Shown piece by piece: positions 8,670 through 17,018 of a stretch of DNA of 32,000 nucleotides; position 1 is the stretch's first letter; each line of letters opens with the position of its first letter. The notes under the pieces were generated by a model. That model was not told where the DNA came from, ran no database searches, and worked only from the letters and a program-made list of their open reading frames with translations. Location of the stretch: positions 10,893,121 through 10,925,120 of the forward strand of contig AP018290.1 of the NCBI GenBank assembly GCA_002368415.1, read 5' to 3'. The stretch comes from Calothrix sp. NIES-4105. Its GTDB lineage: Bacteria > Cyanobacteriota > Cyanobacteriia > Cyanobacteriales > Nostocaceae. Both the position numbers and the translations under genes were made by a program.

Positions 8670-8946
8670 GACATTCTAGGGTACTTTATAATTCTATAAA
8701 AAACTAGGTTTTACTGAGTTTTTTTGTTAACATGTTGTAATAAAAACAATCAATTTGCCTATAAACAAGGTTTCTTTACGTAAGTCCTAATATTAAGATT
8801 TATCTAAATTTAAGTATATTTACTGAATAGTATCAGTAATAATAACTGTTAAAATCTAAATATACGGTAGAGCTTGTTGACAATGCTGCAAAATGCAAGG
8901 TAAATGTATCATTACAAGCATTGTATAACCATTACCATTCTCAATT

Positions 8947-9915
8947 GTGTATATGAATGAATTAAGTAGCTACAAAAATAGAATTTTCTCAAACTTATAC
9001 AATAGTCTTTATGAGAATTACAAAGGTTTAACCAAAAATCCTAAATGGCTATTAATGCGTAAAATATCTCGATTTCAACTTGGTCGAGTCATTATGCATT
9101 TTTTTACGCAAAAAAGTAAATTATCTCAATTAACCATAAGTGAAGATAATTCATATTTTACAAACCTTAATGTTTCTAACGTTGTCAACGAATTGAAAAG
9201 CAAGGGAGTTGTTTTAAACATCACTCTACCTGAACATTTAGTTCAAGAAATCTTACAATTTGCTGAATCTACAGTTTGTTACGCAAACCGAAAATCAGAA
9301 TTAGGCTTTTATTATCATCAAAAGGAACAAGCGCAAGCTCAGTCTAAAAAACAGTTTATAGTAGGTAGCTATTTTAACACAGCTTCGGATTGTCCTGCTA
9401 TTAATAAAATGCAAAGCGACCCTATATTATTAGAGATAGCTACTCAATATTTAGAGCGAGAACCAGTACATCAAGGTTCGTTACTTTGGTGGAGTTTTCC
9501 TGGAGAAAGAACTTACCAACAACTTAGTTCTAATGGTCAACTTTTTCACTATGACTTAGATGATTATCGTTTTCTTAAATTCTTTTTTTATTTAACTGAT
9601 GTAGATGAACAAAGTGGACCTCATATCTGTGTTCGTGGCAGTCACAAGCAAAAAAAGCTTTCACATCTGATACTGCGGAAACGGGAAACAGATGAAGATA
9701 TCATCAAATATTATGGTTTAGAATCTTTAGTTACTATTTGCGGTAAAGCTGGTTTCGGATTTGTGGAAGATGGATTTTGTTTTCATAAAGGAGTTCCTCC
9801 TATCAATAAAAATCGTTTAATCTTACAACTAGAATTTGCCACAACTGACTATGGAATGCAGCATGATATTAGAGAGACTTCAGTATTAAAATGCATTCAG
9901 ACAAAATTAATGTAG
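8947..9915 (+). CDS. PhyH-like Fe(II)/2-oxoglutarate-dependent dioxygenase
   Basis: LFHYDLDD carries the HxD facial-triad motif. FFFYLTDVDEQSGPHICVRGSHK matches the PhyH-type 'enGpl.v.pGSH' segment. A distal His lies in CFHKG. The start could instead be the ATG at 8953. Confidence 0.7.
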   Translation: MYMNELSSYKNRIFSNLYNSLYENYKGLTKNPKWLLMRKISRFQLGRVIMHFFTQKSKLSQLTISEDNSYFTNLNVSNVVNELKSKGVVLNITLPEHLVQEILQFAESTVCYANRKSELGFYYHQKEQAQAQSKKQFIVGSYFNTASDCPAINKMQSDPILLEIATQYLEREPVHQGSLLWWSFPGERTYQQLSSNGQLFHYDLDDYRFLKFFFYLTDVDEQSGPHICVRGSHKQKKLSHLILRKRETDEDIIKYYGLESLVTICGKAGFGFVEDGFCFHKGVPPINKNRLILQLEFATTDYGMQHDIRETSVLKCIQTKLM

Positions 9916-9936
9916 AGACGTTACATGTAACGTCTC
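9915..9936. terminator. Perfect 22-nt palindrome GAGACGTTACATGTAACGTCTC between convergent genes
   Basis: Read directly. It overlaps the TAG stop of the dioxygenase and lies 35 nt from the stop of the convergent 259-aa gene. There is no U-tract, so it may be a dispersed hairpin repeat acting as a bidirectional terminator or RNA stabiliser. Confidence 0.45.
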
Positions 9937-9970
9937 CACCGACACGGGCAATTAATTAGATATGATATGA

Positions 9971-10750
9971 CTATTTAATTTCCACAGTTAATTTATAGCT
10001 AGCATTACCGCGCGTTCCTCCAACTACAATTTTATAATCTCCATTTGCTGGGAGTTTTCCGCTCCAAGTTGTTACTCCTTCCTTGATAGTTTTACCATCA
10101 GGTGCGATGACATCGAATGCAGCATTTTTTTCCAAAGAAGTAATTTTCAAATTCATTCGCTGTCCTCGCTTGGCGCCAACTAAGTAGGTGTCGCGCTCAC
10201 CTCTAATTACAGATTGCTCTATTGTCTTCGAGTTAGTACCATTAGCAAACTTGATTCGTACAGCCTTTCTTGTTGGTGCTGTTTCTTCGCTAGAAGCTCC
10301 ACATTTGGCTCTAGTAAAAGATTCTCTACCTGTATTTAAACTAGATTCGGTAATTGTCCAGGTTGCTTGAGTATTTTGAGTATCGTTTTCAATCTTAGTG
10401 ACAATTCTTAGTTTAGCTTTATCACCAGCTAATTCTCCTGTCAGCGTTTGTTGGTAGGAAGTATAATAACTTTCAGCAGGATTCTGAATAGTTGCTTGCA
10501 CAGTACCATTAACTTTATTGGTAGCACTAATATTCACTGTGGCACTTGCATCAAGCGTTTTTGTTTTAGCGGAATAGCAATATGTACCAGGCGCCAATTT
10601 TTTACCAGCTTTATTTTTATAAGTTGTAGATATAGCAGTTGCTGTATTGGGTTGAGTGGATGCGCTTGCAGAATTGGAATTTAGGGTTAAACTCGTCGAG
10701 CATAAAAGAGTAATAACAGCAGCACTACGTAAAAACAGTTTATTTATCAT
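9971..10750 (-). CDS. Secreted protein of unknown function with a C-terminal beta-sandwich-like (PPC-like) module
   Basis: Signal peptide MINKLFLRSAAVITLLCSTSLTLNSNSASA. The mature region is Thr/Ser/Asn-rich. The C-terminal segment YLVGAKRGQRMNLKITS...FDVIAPDGKTI...GKLPANGDYKIVVGGTRGNASYKLTVEIK resembles pre-peptidase C-terminal-type domains. Confidence 0.65.
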   Translation of the reverse strand: MINKLFLRSAAVITLLCSTSLTLNSNSASASTQPNTATAISTTYKNKAGKKLAPGTYCYSAKTKTLDASATVNISATNKVNGTVQATIQNPAESYYTSYQQTLTGELAGDKAKLRIVTKIENDTQNTQATWTITESSLNTGRESFTRAKCGASSEETAPTRKAVRIKFANGTNSKTIEQSVIRGERDTYLVGAKRGQRMNLKITSLEKNAAFDVIAPDGKTIKEGVTTWSGKLPANGDYKIVVGGTRGNASYKLTVEIK

Positions 10751-10881
10751 GATTTTTAGGATTTGCGCTTTGATATCGTCGTAAATAGTAAAACAAGCTG
10801 ATTATCGCTGATTACGGAAAAAATCCAGGTAAAGCGTAATACATTTTTTATATTCATCACTAAGTGGCTTAAAGATAGATA

Positions 10882-11667
10882 TTACTTCTTCTGCTTCTTT
10901 TTCTTTTTGAACAACTGCTTAAATTTAAGAGAAAGAGGGTTAAAATCAAAGACTTTGCCAGTACTAAACAACTGAAAACCGAATGATATAGCCGCAAACG
11001 ATGCAAGAACAGAGAAAAGAGACACTGAACCAATGATCTTACCATTGGCGATAAATATAGCAATACCTAACCCTATTAAAATCCATCCCAACCTACGTTT
11101 ATCTTTTCCACCGTAATTTAATAGAATTACTCCGACGATACACAGTATAGTACCAGGCGCGCTACGTAAGTAGATACCAACATATATTTTCGTACTCAGA
11201 AATATAATCCCGCCAATAATCAGCCCTAAGCCAAGTAATTTACTAGCAATTGTAATTTCTGATTCAAAGTCTGTATCATCCGAATCTTCTTCATCTTCAT
11301 TCGTGACAATTTTTGTTGGCGCGCTGCCACCTTGTTGCCGAAAGATGAAACTTACCTTATCACCTTGTCCTAATGAAATCTTGTCACCAAATTTTATTGG
11401 TTGAAAAACTTTAGGTTGCAGTTTAACGCCATTTACATAAGTACCGTTAGAACTACCTAAATCAGTAATTTGATACTCTGAGCCATTAACCCAAATTTGT
11501 GCATGGACACGCGATACAATATCAGCATCTGGAAAACCAGACACATCAATATCCGGCTGCTTTCCATCATCGCCAGGTTTGCCAATCAAAATTACAGAAA
11601 GATTTGCAGGCAACACCAACCTTTCATTCGTTTGGAGATGATAAAGTTCTAAAGATACACTCTGCAT
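10882..11667 (-). CDS. FHA-domain protein with C-terminal transmembrane region and poly-Lys tail
   Basis: FHA signature ILIGKPG...DIDV...VSRVHAQI...YQITDLGSSNGTYVNG. An acidic linker is followed by about 4 predicted TM helices, ending FKKKKKQKK. Confidence 0.8.
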   Translation of the reverse strand: MQSVSLELYHLQTNERLVLPANLSVILIGKPGDDGKQPDIDVSGFPDADIVSRVHAQIWVNGSEYQITDLGSSNGTYVNGVKLQPKVFQPIKFGDKISLGQGDKVSFIFRQQGGSAPTKIVTNEDEEDSDDTDFESEITIASKLLGLGLIIGGIIFLSTKIYVGIYLRSAPGTILCIVGVILLNYGGKDKRRLGWILIGLGIAIFIANGKIIGSVSLFSVLASFAAISFGFQLFSTGKVFDFNPLSLKFKQLFKKKKKQKK

Positions 11668-11956
11668 AGTTATGAAGACTCTTTTTTACAAGTGTCTCCA
11701 CATATACAGAATTTGAGAAGCGAGAAAACCCCTAAATACGTAACTAAATATTGCAAATCATACTATGTATAAAAAGTGGCATTAGCTTTGATGGTGTTGC
11801 TGGTGCAGAAGGACGGTTTGATGAAGTGCGACAATTCCAAATTTTTCCTTATCTCTTCTGCGTGTCTTTGCGGTAATTTGTTGTGTAGAACAAGATGTCA
11901 AACGCGCGGAAGCATTAATTCAACTCGCTCAACTTGGCTCATATGATTTGAAAATG

Positions 11957-12535
11957 TTATTCTTGTAGTTCAAACTCAACATTATCGTAAATATCTGCTA
12001 GAGTAATTTCAAATTTGACAGAATTTAACGAAATCGTCGCATTCTCATCGTCATATTCGGAAAATATCCATTTATTATTATCAGTTTTGGAATATTGCTC
12101 AACGTGTATTGTATACTGGTCAATCAAAAGATACTCTTGAAAGCTTTCGATTGTCCGATAAGCACTAAATTTTTCATCTTTATCGTTACTTTTTGTAGAT
12201 TTTGATAATACTTCAGCAATGATTAGTGGATTAATAATAGTATCTCTACGTCCTTCTTGAAGCTCTAAAGGCTTTTTAACTACCATCACATCAGGATAAG
12301 TATGAATTCGCTTTTTAGGAATCCATAATCTTTGGTCTGTCATAAAAACCCGATGATGACGCTTCAAAGTAGAGTTGAGCGCACCGCTTAGGTTGAGAGC
12401 AATCTGGTTGTGATTTGGTGTTCCGCCTGTCATAGAAATTATTGTACCATCAATGTACTCATGACGCTCTTGAGAATTAACTTCGAGTTCCAGGTATTCT
12501 TCGGCTGAATAGTGCCTTTGTTCTTGCGAAATCAT
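11957..12535 (-). CDS. Uma2-family (DUF820) putative endonuclease
   Basis: SAEEYLELEVNSQERHEYIDGTIISMTGGTPNHNQIALNL ... IAEVLSKST is the characteristic Uma2 pattern found at high copy number in cyanobacteria. Confidence 0.8.
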   Translation of the reverse strand: MISQEQRHYSAEEYLELEVNSQERHEYIDGTIISMTGGTPNHNQIALNLSGALNSTLKRHHRVFMTDQRLWIPKKRIHTYPDVMVVKKPLELQEGRRDTIINPLIIAEVLSKSTKSNDKDEKFSAYRTIESFQEYLLIDQYTIHVEQYSKTDNNKWIFSEYDDENATISLNSVKFEITLADIYDNVEFELQE

Positions 12536-12745
12536 AAAATTCTAGTCCTAACGGTTAGAAATGATTCTTTTATACTATACACATTAATATATAAGTAAAA
12601 TCGTATCTAATAACTATGGTTAAATAGGTTGCCAAACAATTAAGTTAAGTTAATTCTTTATTAGGTGGTCATGATTTTCATCTATGACCATCCTAAATAA
12701 AAAATATCCAAAATGTTCTTGTGGGATAGGCATCAAAAACCCGTC

Positions 12746-13741
12746 CTACACCCTATAACCGCTTTCAATAGAGACAGCTTGGTCTGTTGATTTTGGTAGT
12801 GAATTAGCTCGTACCGCGCGGAACATCCCAAAGCGGCAAAGGCCAGTGCCGAATGCTAACCGCATTAGTAGTAAAGTAGGTACTTCGCGTAAAGATTTAA
12901 TAAAACCAGATATCCCAAAACGTACCAGTCCAGATGGTCGAGCTACTCCTTGCCAGATCGAATCTATCCATGAAGGAAGTGTTTGTTGCGTCCAATCTGC
13001 CGTTATTACGTTTCCCTCAACTAGTCCCGTTGCCTCTAAAAGTTCAGAAAAGCCTTCAATGCTGGAAAAAGCCGGATGAGACCATTGATCTAATAGTTGC
13101 TGCATTACTGGTTTTTCCCAAAAATTCAAAGGCGCCTGTCGGTCGTCCCTTTGGTTCCAGTCTGCCACAACAAGTATTCCACCAGGTTTTAACACCCTGA
13201 TTAATTCTTTAGCAAAAACGGCTTTATCTGGCATATGTGGTCCAGCTTCAATCGACCAAACTACATCAAAACTAGCATCTGGGAAAGAAAGTGCCATCGC
13301 ATCATCCACTAAAAATTGCACATTCAGTTCATCAGAAGTTAACTGCTGCGCGCGTTGGACTTGTTGCGGACTGATTGTAACACCCGTAACTGCAAATCCA
13401 TAATCCCGTGCTAATATGCGACTGCTACCACCAATTCCACAGCCTACATCCAAAAGCGTGGCGCCGTATGGTAATTTATCTAAACCACCCCAACGTACCA
13501 TTTCATCTACAAAATCAGATTTAGCAACCAGAAAATCCTTCCGTTGCGGTGGTGAACCATAATGACCCAAGTGGATATGTTCACCCCAGTAAAACTCTAA
13601 AATACCGTCTTGAGTCCATTCATCATAGGAATTAGCTACAGAGTTAGATGATTGATAACGCCGAGCAGTGATTAAATATAATGCAATCAAGAACGTCAGT
13701 ACTGCAACAACTAGTCCCAGCGCAGAAAGATACAGACTCAT
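12746..13741 (-). CDS. 2-methyl-6-phytyl/solanesyl-1,4-benzoquinol methyltransferase (MPBQ/MSBQ-MT, Synechocystis sll0418-like)
   Basis: Near-colinear match to my memory of Sll0418: an N-terminal TM helix, then YDEWTQDGILEFYWGEHIHLGHYG, the SAM motif LLDVGCGIGGSSRILA, DDAMALSFPDASFDVVWSIEAGPHMPDKAVFAKEL, ILVVADWNQRDDRQ and LCRFGMF. Confidence 0.85.
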   Translation of the reverse strand: MSLYLSALGLVVAVLTFLIALYLITARRYQSSNSVANSYDEWTQDGILEFYWGEHIHLGHYGSPPQRKDFLVAKSDFVDEMVRWGGLDKLPYGATLLDVGCGIGGSSRILARDYGFAVTGVTISPQQVQRAQQLTSDELNVQFLVDDAMALSFPDASFDVVWSIEAGPHMPDKAVFAKELIRVLKPGGILVVADWNQRDDRQAPLNFWEKPVMQQLLDQWSHPAFSSIEGFSELLEATGLVEGNVITADWTQQTLPSWIDSIWQGVARPSGLVRFGISGFIKSLREVPTLLLMRLAFGTGLCRFGMFRAVRANSLPKSTDQAVSIESGYRV

Positions 13742-13949
13742 TCTAATAAACCTTAATATTTCTTTACAATTTTATCCTATAAGCAGGCTAAAAGTATCTG
13801 TAAACCTCTGTTTGTTGAGTGTAAGTAGTTTGCTAGATTGTGGTTATTCCCTTCCTGGTGAAATACAAGTAATAAGAAATGGTAAGTTTTGTTTGCTGTG
13901 CTACTAACCTGATACTCTAAATTAGAAGTTATGTATTACAAGATGTAAG

Positions 13950-14123
13950 ATGCCAACTGCTGAACAAGGTATTAGATGTGTTATACTAAGCCAAACTTTA
14001 ACTAATACTCTTACGCCTATCTTTATTGTCCGGCTTGATGAACGTACAGGTAACTTGTTTATGCTGGCAGGCGATACTATAGAAATAGAGATTTATCGTA
14101 ATGGTTTGTGGAGGTTCTTGTAA
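13950..14123 (+). CDS. Small conserved-looking protein (57 aa), first of an overlapping pair
   Basis: ATG at 13950, TAA at 14121-14123. The protein reads MPTAEQGIRCVILSQTLTNTLTPIFIVRLDERTGNLFMLAGDTIEIEIYRNGLWRFL. It is below the ORF-track size cut-off. Its stop overlaps the next ATG (TAATG). From memory it resembles the cyanobacterial DUF6888 family. Confidence 0.45.
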   Translation: MPTAEQGIRCVILSQTLTNTLTPIFIVRLDERTGNLFMLAGDTIEIEIYRNGLWRFL

Positions 14124-14332
14124 TGAAACCTGAATTTAGTGCTATGACCAAAGCGGAGCTAAGAAGTTACGTCATTGCTCACCCCAACGATAACGAAGCA
14201 TTTTACATTTTTGTAGACCGCTTTACATCTGAAGCATCCCCAGAAACCTTTGATATCCCAAATTCTAGTGATGAGATTGAGAAAGTGGAAATTTTAATTA
14301 GGCAGAAACTGGAACAGACAAAAACTAGTTAA
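14123..14332 (+). CDS. Small protein (69 aa), second of the pair (DUF6887-like)
   Basis: MKPEFSAMTKAELRSYVIAHPNDNEAFYIFVDRFTSE... From memory it resembles a short family common in cyanobacteria. The ATG at 14123 is preferred over the GTG at 14108 because of the TAATG coupling. Confidence 0.55.
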   Translation: MKPEFSAMTKAELRSYVIAHPNDNEAFYIFVDRFTSEASPETFDIPNSSDEIEKVEILIRQKLEQTKTS

Positions 14333-14431
14333 GCTAATGTATGTCTAAGCTATATATTAGGGTAGGGCAATTAAAGGTGCCCATCCCACTCATTGTTTGA
14401 ACACGCACACACTTTAACTTCTATCATTGGG

Positions 14432-14699
14432 TACATCTGTTATATCCGTTGCCCACTTTCACCAACCATAATTCCCCGTCCTGTCAAAGCTACATACACT
14501 AAGTTTGGTGTACGCATATCACCTTCCATATAAGTAATCCCTGGAAACTGTAATATATCCGGGTCACTAATATGAATCCATGATTTGCAATATCTTCAGA
14601 TTTGTATATTGCGTCTTTAGTTGCTTTATTTACATAATTATAGACGTAGATATACGGCTGCTTATTTGATTTACCTTTGCCAAAATTTATAAATTCACA
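14432..14699 (-). pseudogene. Orphan, frameshifted copy of the last ~86 codons of the BNR/GH74-like gene (displaced 3' end; att-flank repeat)
   Basis: Colinear with 21921-22189 at roughly 88-90% identity by eye. A 1-nt deletion (GATTTGCAATATC versus GATTTACCCATATC) breaks the frame. It is not attached to any upstream coding sequence. Confidence 0.8.
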
Positions 14700-14765
14700 T
14701 CTTTTTTGTGGAGTTCCCTAAATGAAATTGTGACATCTCCTACACCAACCGCAAGTTATGTCGTT

Positions 14766-14825
14766 TACAACGTCTACAACGTAGTTACAGTAAGAGTTTA
14801 TCGTTGTTGTCATTTTCTACAACGT
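14766..14825. repeat. Three direct copies of TACAACGT near the left end of the element
   Basis: Copies at 14766-14773, 14775-14782 and 14818-14825, the last reaching the first base of the dnaB-like stop codon (14825-14827). Candidate recombinase-binding or iteron-like sites. Confidence 0.35.
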
Positions 14826-16153
14826 TAAGCTCTACCATATTTATCAGATAAGTCAACATCGCTGAAATTTCCTATATCTGTTTCAAATAATACCTTACAC
14901 ATGCCTGTAGCACCATTACGATTTTTAGCTACATTTATCTCCATTACTCCTTTATCTTGTGTGTCTGGATTATAATATTCGTCTCGATAAAGAAGTAACC
15001 CAATATCCATATCTTGTTCTATATCACCCGAGTCTTTAATATCAGCTATTGTTGGGCGTTTATTTGTTTGATTCTCCACACCTCTATTAATTTGGGCTAG
15101 TGCTATAAATGGCACATTAAATTCTTTGGCAATGTCTTTAAATGCACCAGAAAACTTACCAACTGCTTGCGCTCTATTACCTGCCGCTCTATCCCCAAGT
15201 TTTTGAATATAATCCATTACTACTAAACCTAAACTTCCTTTAGAGGACTGAACTCTTCGCAGTACAGAAGACACCCTTGAAGGGTTTTGGATACTAGCTG
15301 GCGTATCATCAATAATAATAAGTAATTGGTTTAAAGCTACTACAGCTTGTTTTAAATTATCCATTTCGTCTCGATATATCTGATTGCTCATCAGCCTACT
15401 AGAATCAATACCCGAATGCATTGCCAAAAATCTTTTAGTTAACTGCGATTTAGACATTTCCGCAGAAAAGAAAACAACAGGTAGTTGTTGATGGATTGCA
15501 ATATGATTAGCAAAATGGCAACCTAACCAGGTTTTACCCATTGATGCCCTAGCAGCGATTACAATTAAATCCTGTTTATTTAATCCTCCTATTAATGCAT
15601 CTAAATCTTTTAATCCAGTAGAAAAGCCTGGAGTATACCCTTGTTGTAATTCATCAAATACTTCTCTTATCGACTCACTTATTAGTTGTGGTTGAAATTT
15701 ATCTTGCTTGTTTGCTGTTAAATTAAAAATTTTATTCTCTGATTGTTCTAGGACTGCTTGAACTCCTTGTGTTGTATCGTAGCCTAATTCCACAATTTCA
15801 TTACCAGCCCTAATTAGCTGCCGACGCAGGTATTTATCCAAAACAAGCTTTGCTAGGTTATCTATATTTATAGCTGATACTATTTCAATTAATTGAGCTA
15901 GCTGATTCTTCCCACCAACTTTAGTTAATAGTTTATGGTCGGATAACCAAGATGTAACTGTTACTAAATCGGTTGGTTTACCCTGATGGTATAATTCTAA
16001 TATTACTTTATAAATTTGTTGGTAAGCAGGAACGTAAAATGCTTCTGGCACTAAAATATCAGCAATTCTACCAATAGCATTTGGGTCTAACAAGCAACCA
16101 CCAAGTATGTCTGATTCTGCTTCAATAATTTGTGGAGGTATTTTATCATTCAT
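14825..16153 (-). CDS. DnaB-family replicative-type DNA helicase (element-encoded, 442 aa, intein-free)
   Basis: N-terminal DnaB domain (PPQIIEAESDILGGCLLDPNAI...PAYQQIY...GKPTDLVTV). Walker A is IVIAARASMGKTWL and Walker B is LVVMDYIQ. ALAQINRGVENQTNKRPTIADIKDSGDIEQDMDIGLLLYRDEYY is the canonical DnaB C-terminal signature. Its ATG overlaps the upstream stop (ATGAATGA). Confidence 0.9.
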   Translation of the reverse strand: MNDKIPPQIIEAESDILGGCLLDPNAIGRIADILVPEAFYVPAYQQIYKVILELYHQGKPTDLVTVTSWLSDHKLLTKVGGKNQLAQLIEIVSAINIDNLAKLVLDKYLRRQLIRAGNEIVELGYDTTQGVQAVLEQSENKIFNLTANKQDKFQPQLISESIREVFDELQQGYTPGFSTGLKDLDALIGGLNKQDLIVIAARASMGKTWLGCHFANHIAIHQQLPVVFFSAEMSKSQLTKRFLAMHSGIDSSRLMSNQIYRDEMDNLKQAVVALNQLLIIIDDTPASIQNPSRVSSVLRRVQSSKGSLGLVVMDYIQKLGDRAAGNRAQAVGKFSGAFKDIAKEFNVPFIALAQINRGVENQTNKRPTIADIKDSGDIEQDMDIGLLLYRDEYYNPDTQDKGVMEINVAKNRNGATGMCKVLFETDIGNFSDVDLSDKYGRA

Positions 16154-17018
16154 GGGGTTTATCCATATCTATAAAAATATTACTAATTTCTGCCAGTTCA
16201 GTTATAGACACTAGTGTTCTGTCTGAATCGGCATGAGATAATGTTTTTGTTACTGGCTGTGCTTCAATATTTTTTGAAGTAGATTTTTGCGATGAAGGAG
16301 AAGGCTCCCATTTCTCTCTGATTGCTTGAACAACTAAACCACCTATGTTGTTAACATCGTTCTGTTGGATATACTGCTCAACTGCTAAAAGTGACCTAAT
16401 TACCTCTTGCTCATCCAAAGATGTAATAAGTTTAGTAAGAGTAGAATTAAGTTTAATTTCTAAGCTCTCTAGTTTTTGGTGGATTGATTCAGGTATTTCC
16501 TTCCCTTTACGAGAGACTTTTGTAATTGGTATTACCCTTTGAGGTATTTTAGATTCAAGATTAGCTAATTCCTGTTTTAATTCTTGAACCTCATGTGTTA
16601 GTTTTTCATTTTCTAACTTTAAACGTTCAGTTAAATCATTTGCTCCTTGCATCTGATAAAGCTTACCAGTAAGCGATTCGTTAATTTTTCGTAACTCATC
16701 AATTTCTACTCTCAAACGCTTATTTTCTTCCCTCAATGTTGAAATAATTACAGTTTTAGAGTTATCCGATGCTGGCGGAACTTCCTTAAGTTTAGGCTTT
16801 TGTTTCTGCTGGTCACGTAAAGTTTCAATTCTATTTCTCAAATCTTCCTGCTTGTACAAGTAAGCAGTCGATACATTAGCAGCAGTAGCAACAGATTTAA
16901 AGCTAATTATTTGACCCTGTTTTATCATCCTCTCAAGTGCTTTCTCCACTCGTTCTGCTGTTATGAGCGCTTTCTGTGCTGCCGCCTCTTGTAAAGCTTC
17001 TATCTTCTTATTAGTCAT
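16146..17018 (-). CDS. TnpC-like accessory protein: N-terminal HTH-like segment plus long coiled coil (290 aa)
   Basis: The N-terminus (ALQEAAAQKALITAERVEKALERMIKQGQIISFKSVATAANVSTAYLYKQEDLRNRIETLR) resembles the small third gene of Tn554-type three-gene modules (DUF6262-like, from memory). Residues ~90-160 are heptad-rich (ENKRLRVEIDELRKINE...LKLENEKLTHEVQELKQELANLE). The ATG overlaps the upstream stop (ATGACTAA). Confidence 0.55.
   Translation of the reverse strand: MTNKKIEALQEAAAQKALITAERVEKALERMIKQGQIISFKSVATAANVSTAYLYKQEDLRNRIETLRDQQKQKPKLKEVPPASDNSKTVIISTLREENKRLRVEIDELRKINESLTGKLYQMQGANDLTERLKLENEKLTHEVQELKQELANLESKIPQRVIPITKVSRKGKEIPESIHQKLESLEIKLNSTLTKLITSLDEQEVIRSLLAVEQYIQQNDVNNIGGLVVQAIREKWEPSPSSQKSTSKNIEAQPVTKTLSHADSDRTLVSITELAEISNIFIDMDKPHE

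Noticed and set aside
14333-14431. A tRNA or tmRNA gene as the integration target of the element
   Set aside because: No cloverleaf-compatible sequence is seen at either border. The duplicated segment is clearly the 3' end of the protein-coding BNR/GH74-like gene.
14825-16153. Interpretation of the DnaB gene as the host chromosomal replicative helicase
   Set aside because: Its ATG overlaps the stop of the TnpC-like gene in a four-gene recombinase operon. It lies inside the repeat-bounded, GGCGCC-free segment. This cannot be fully excluded without the whole genome.
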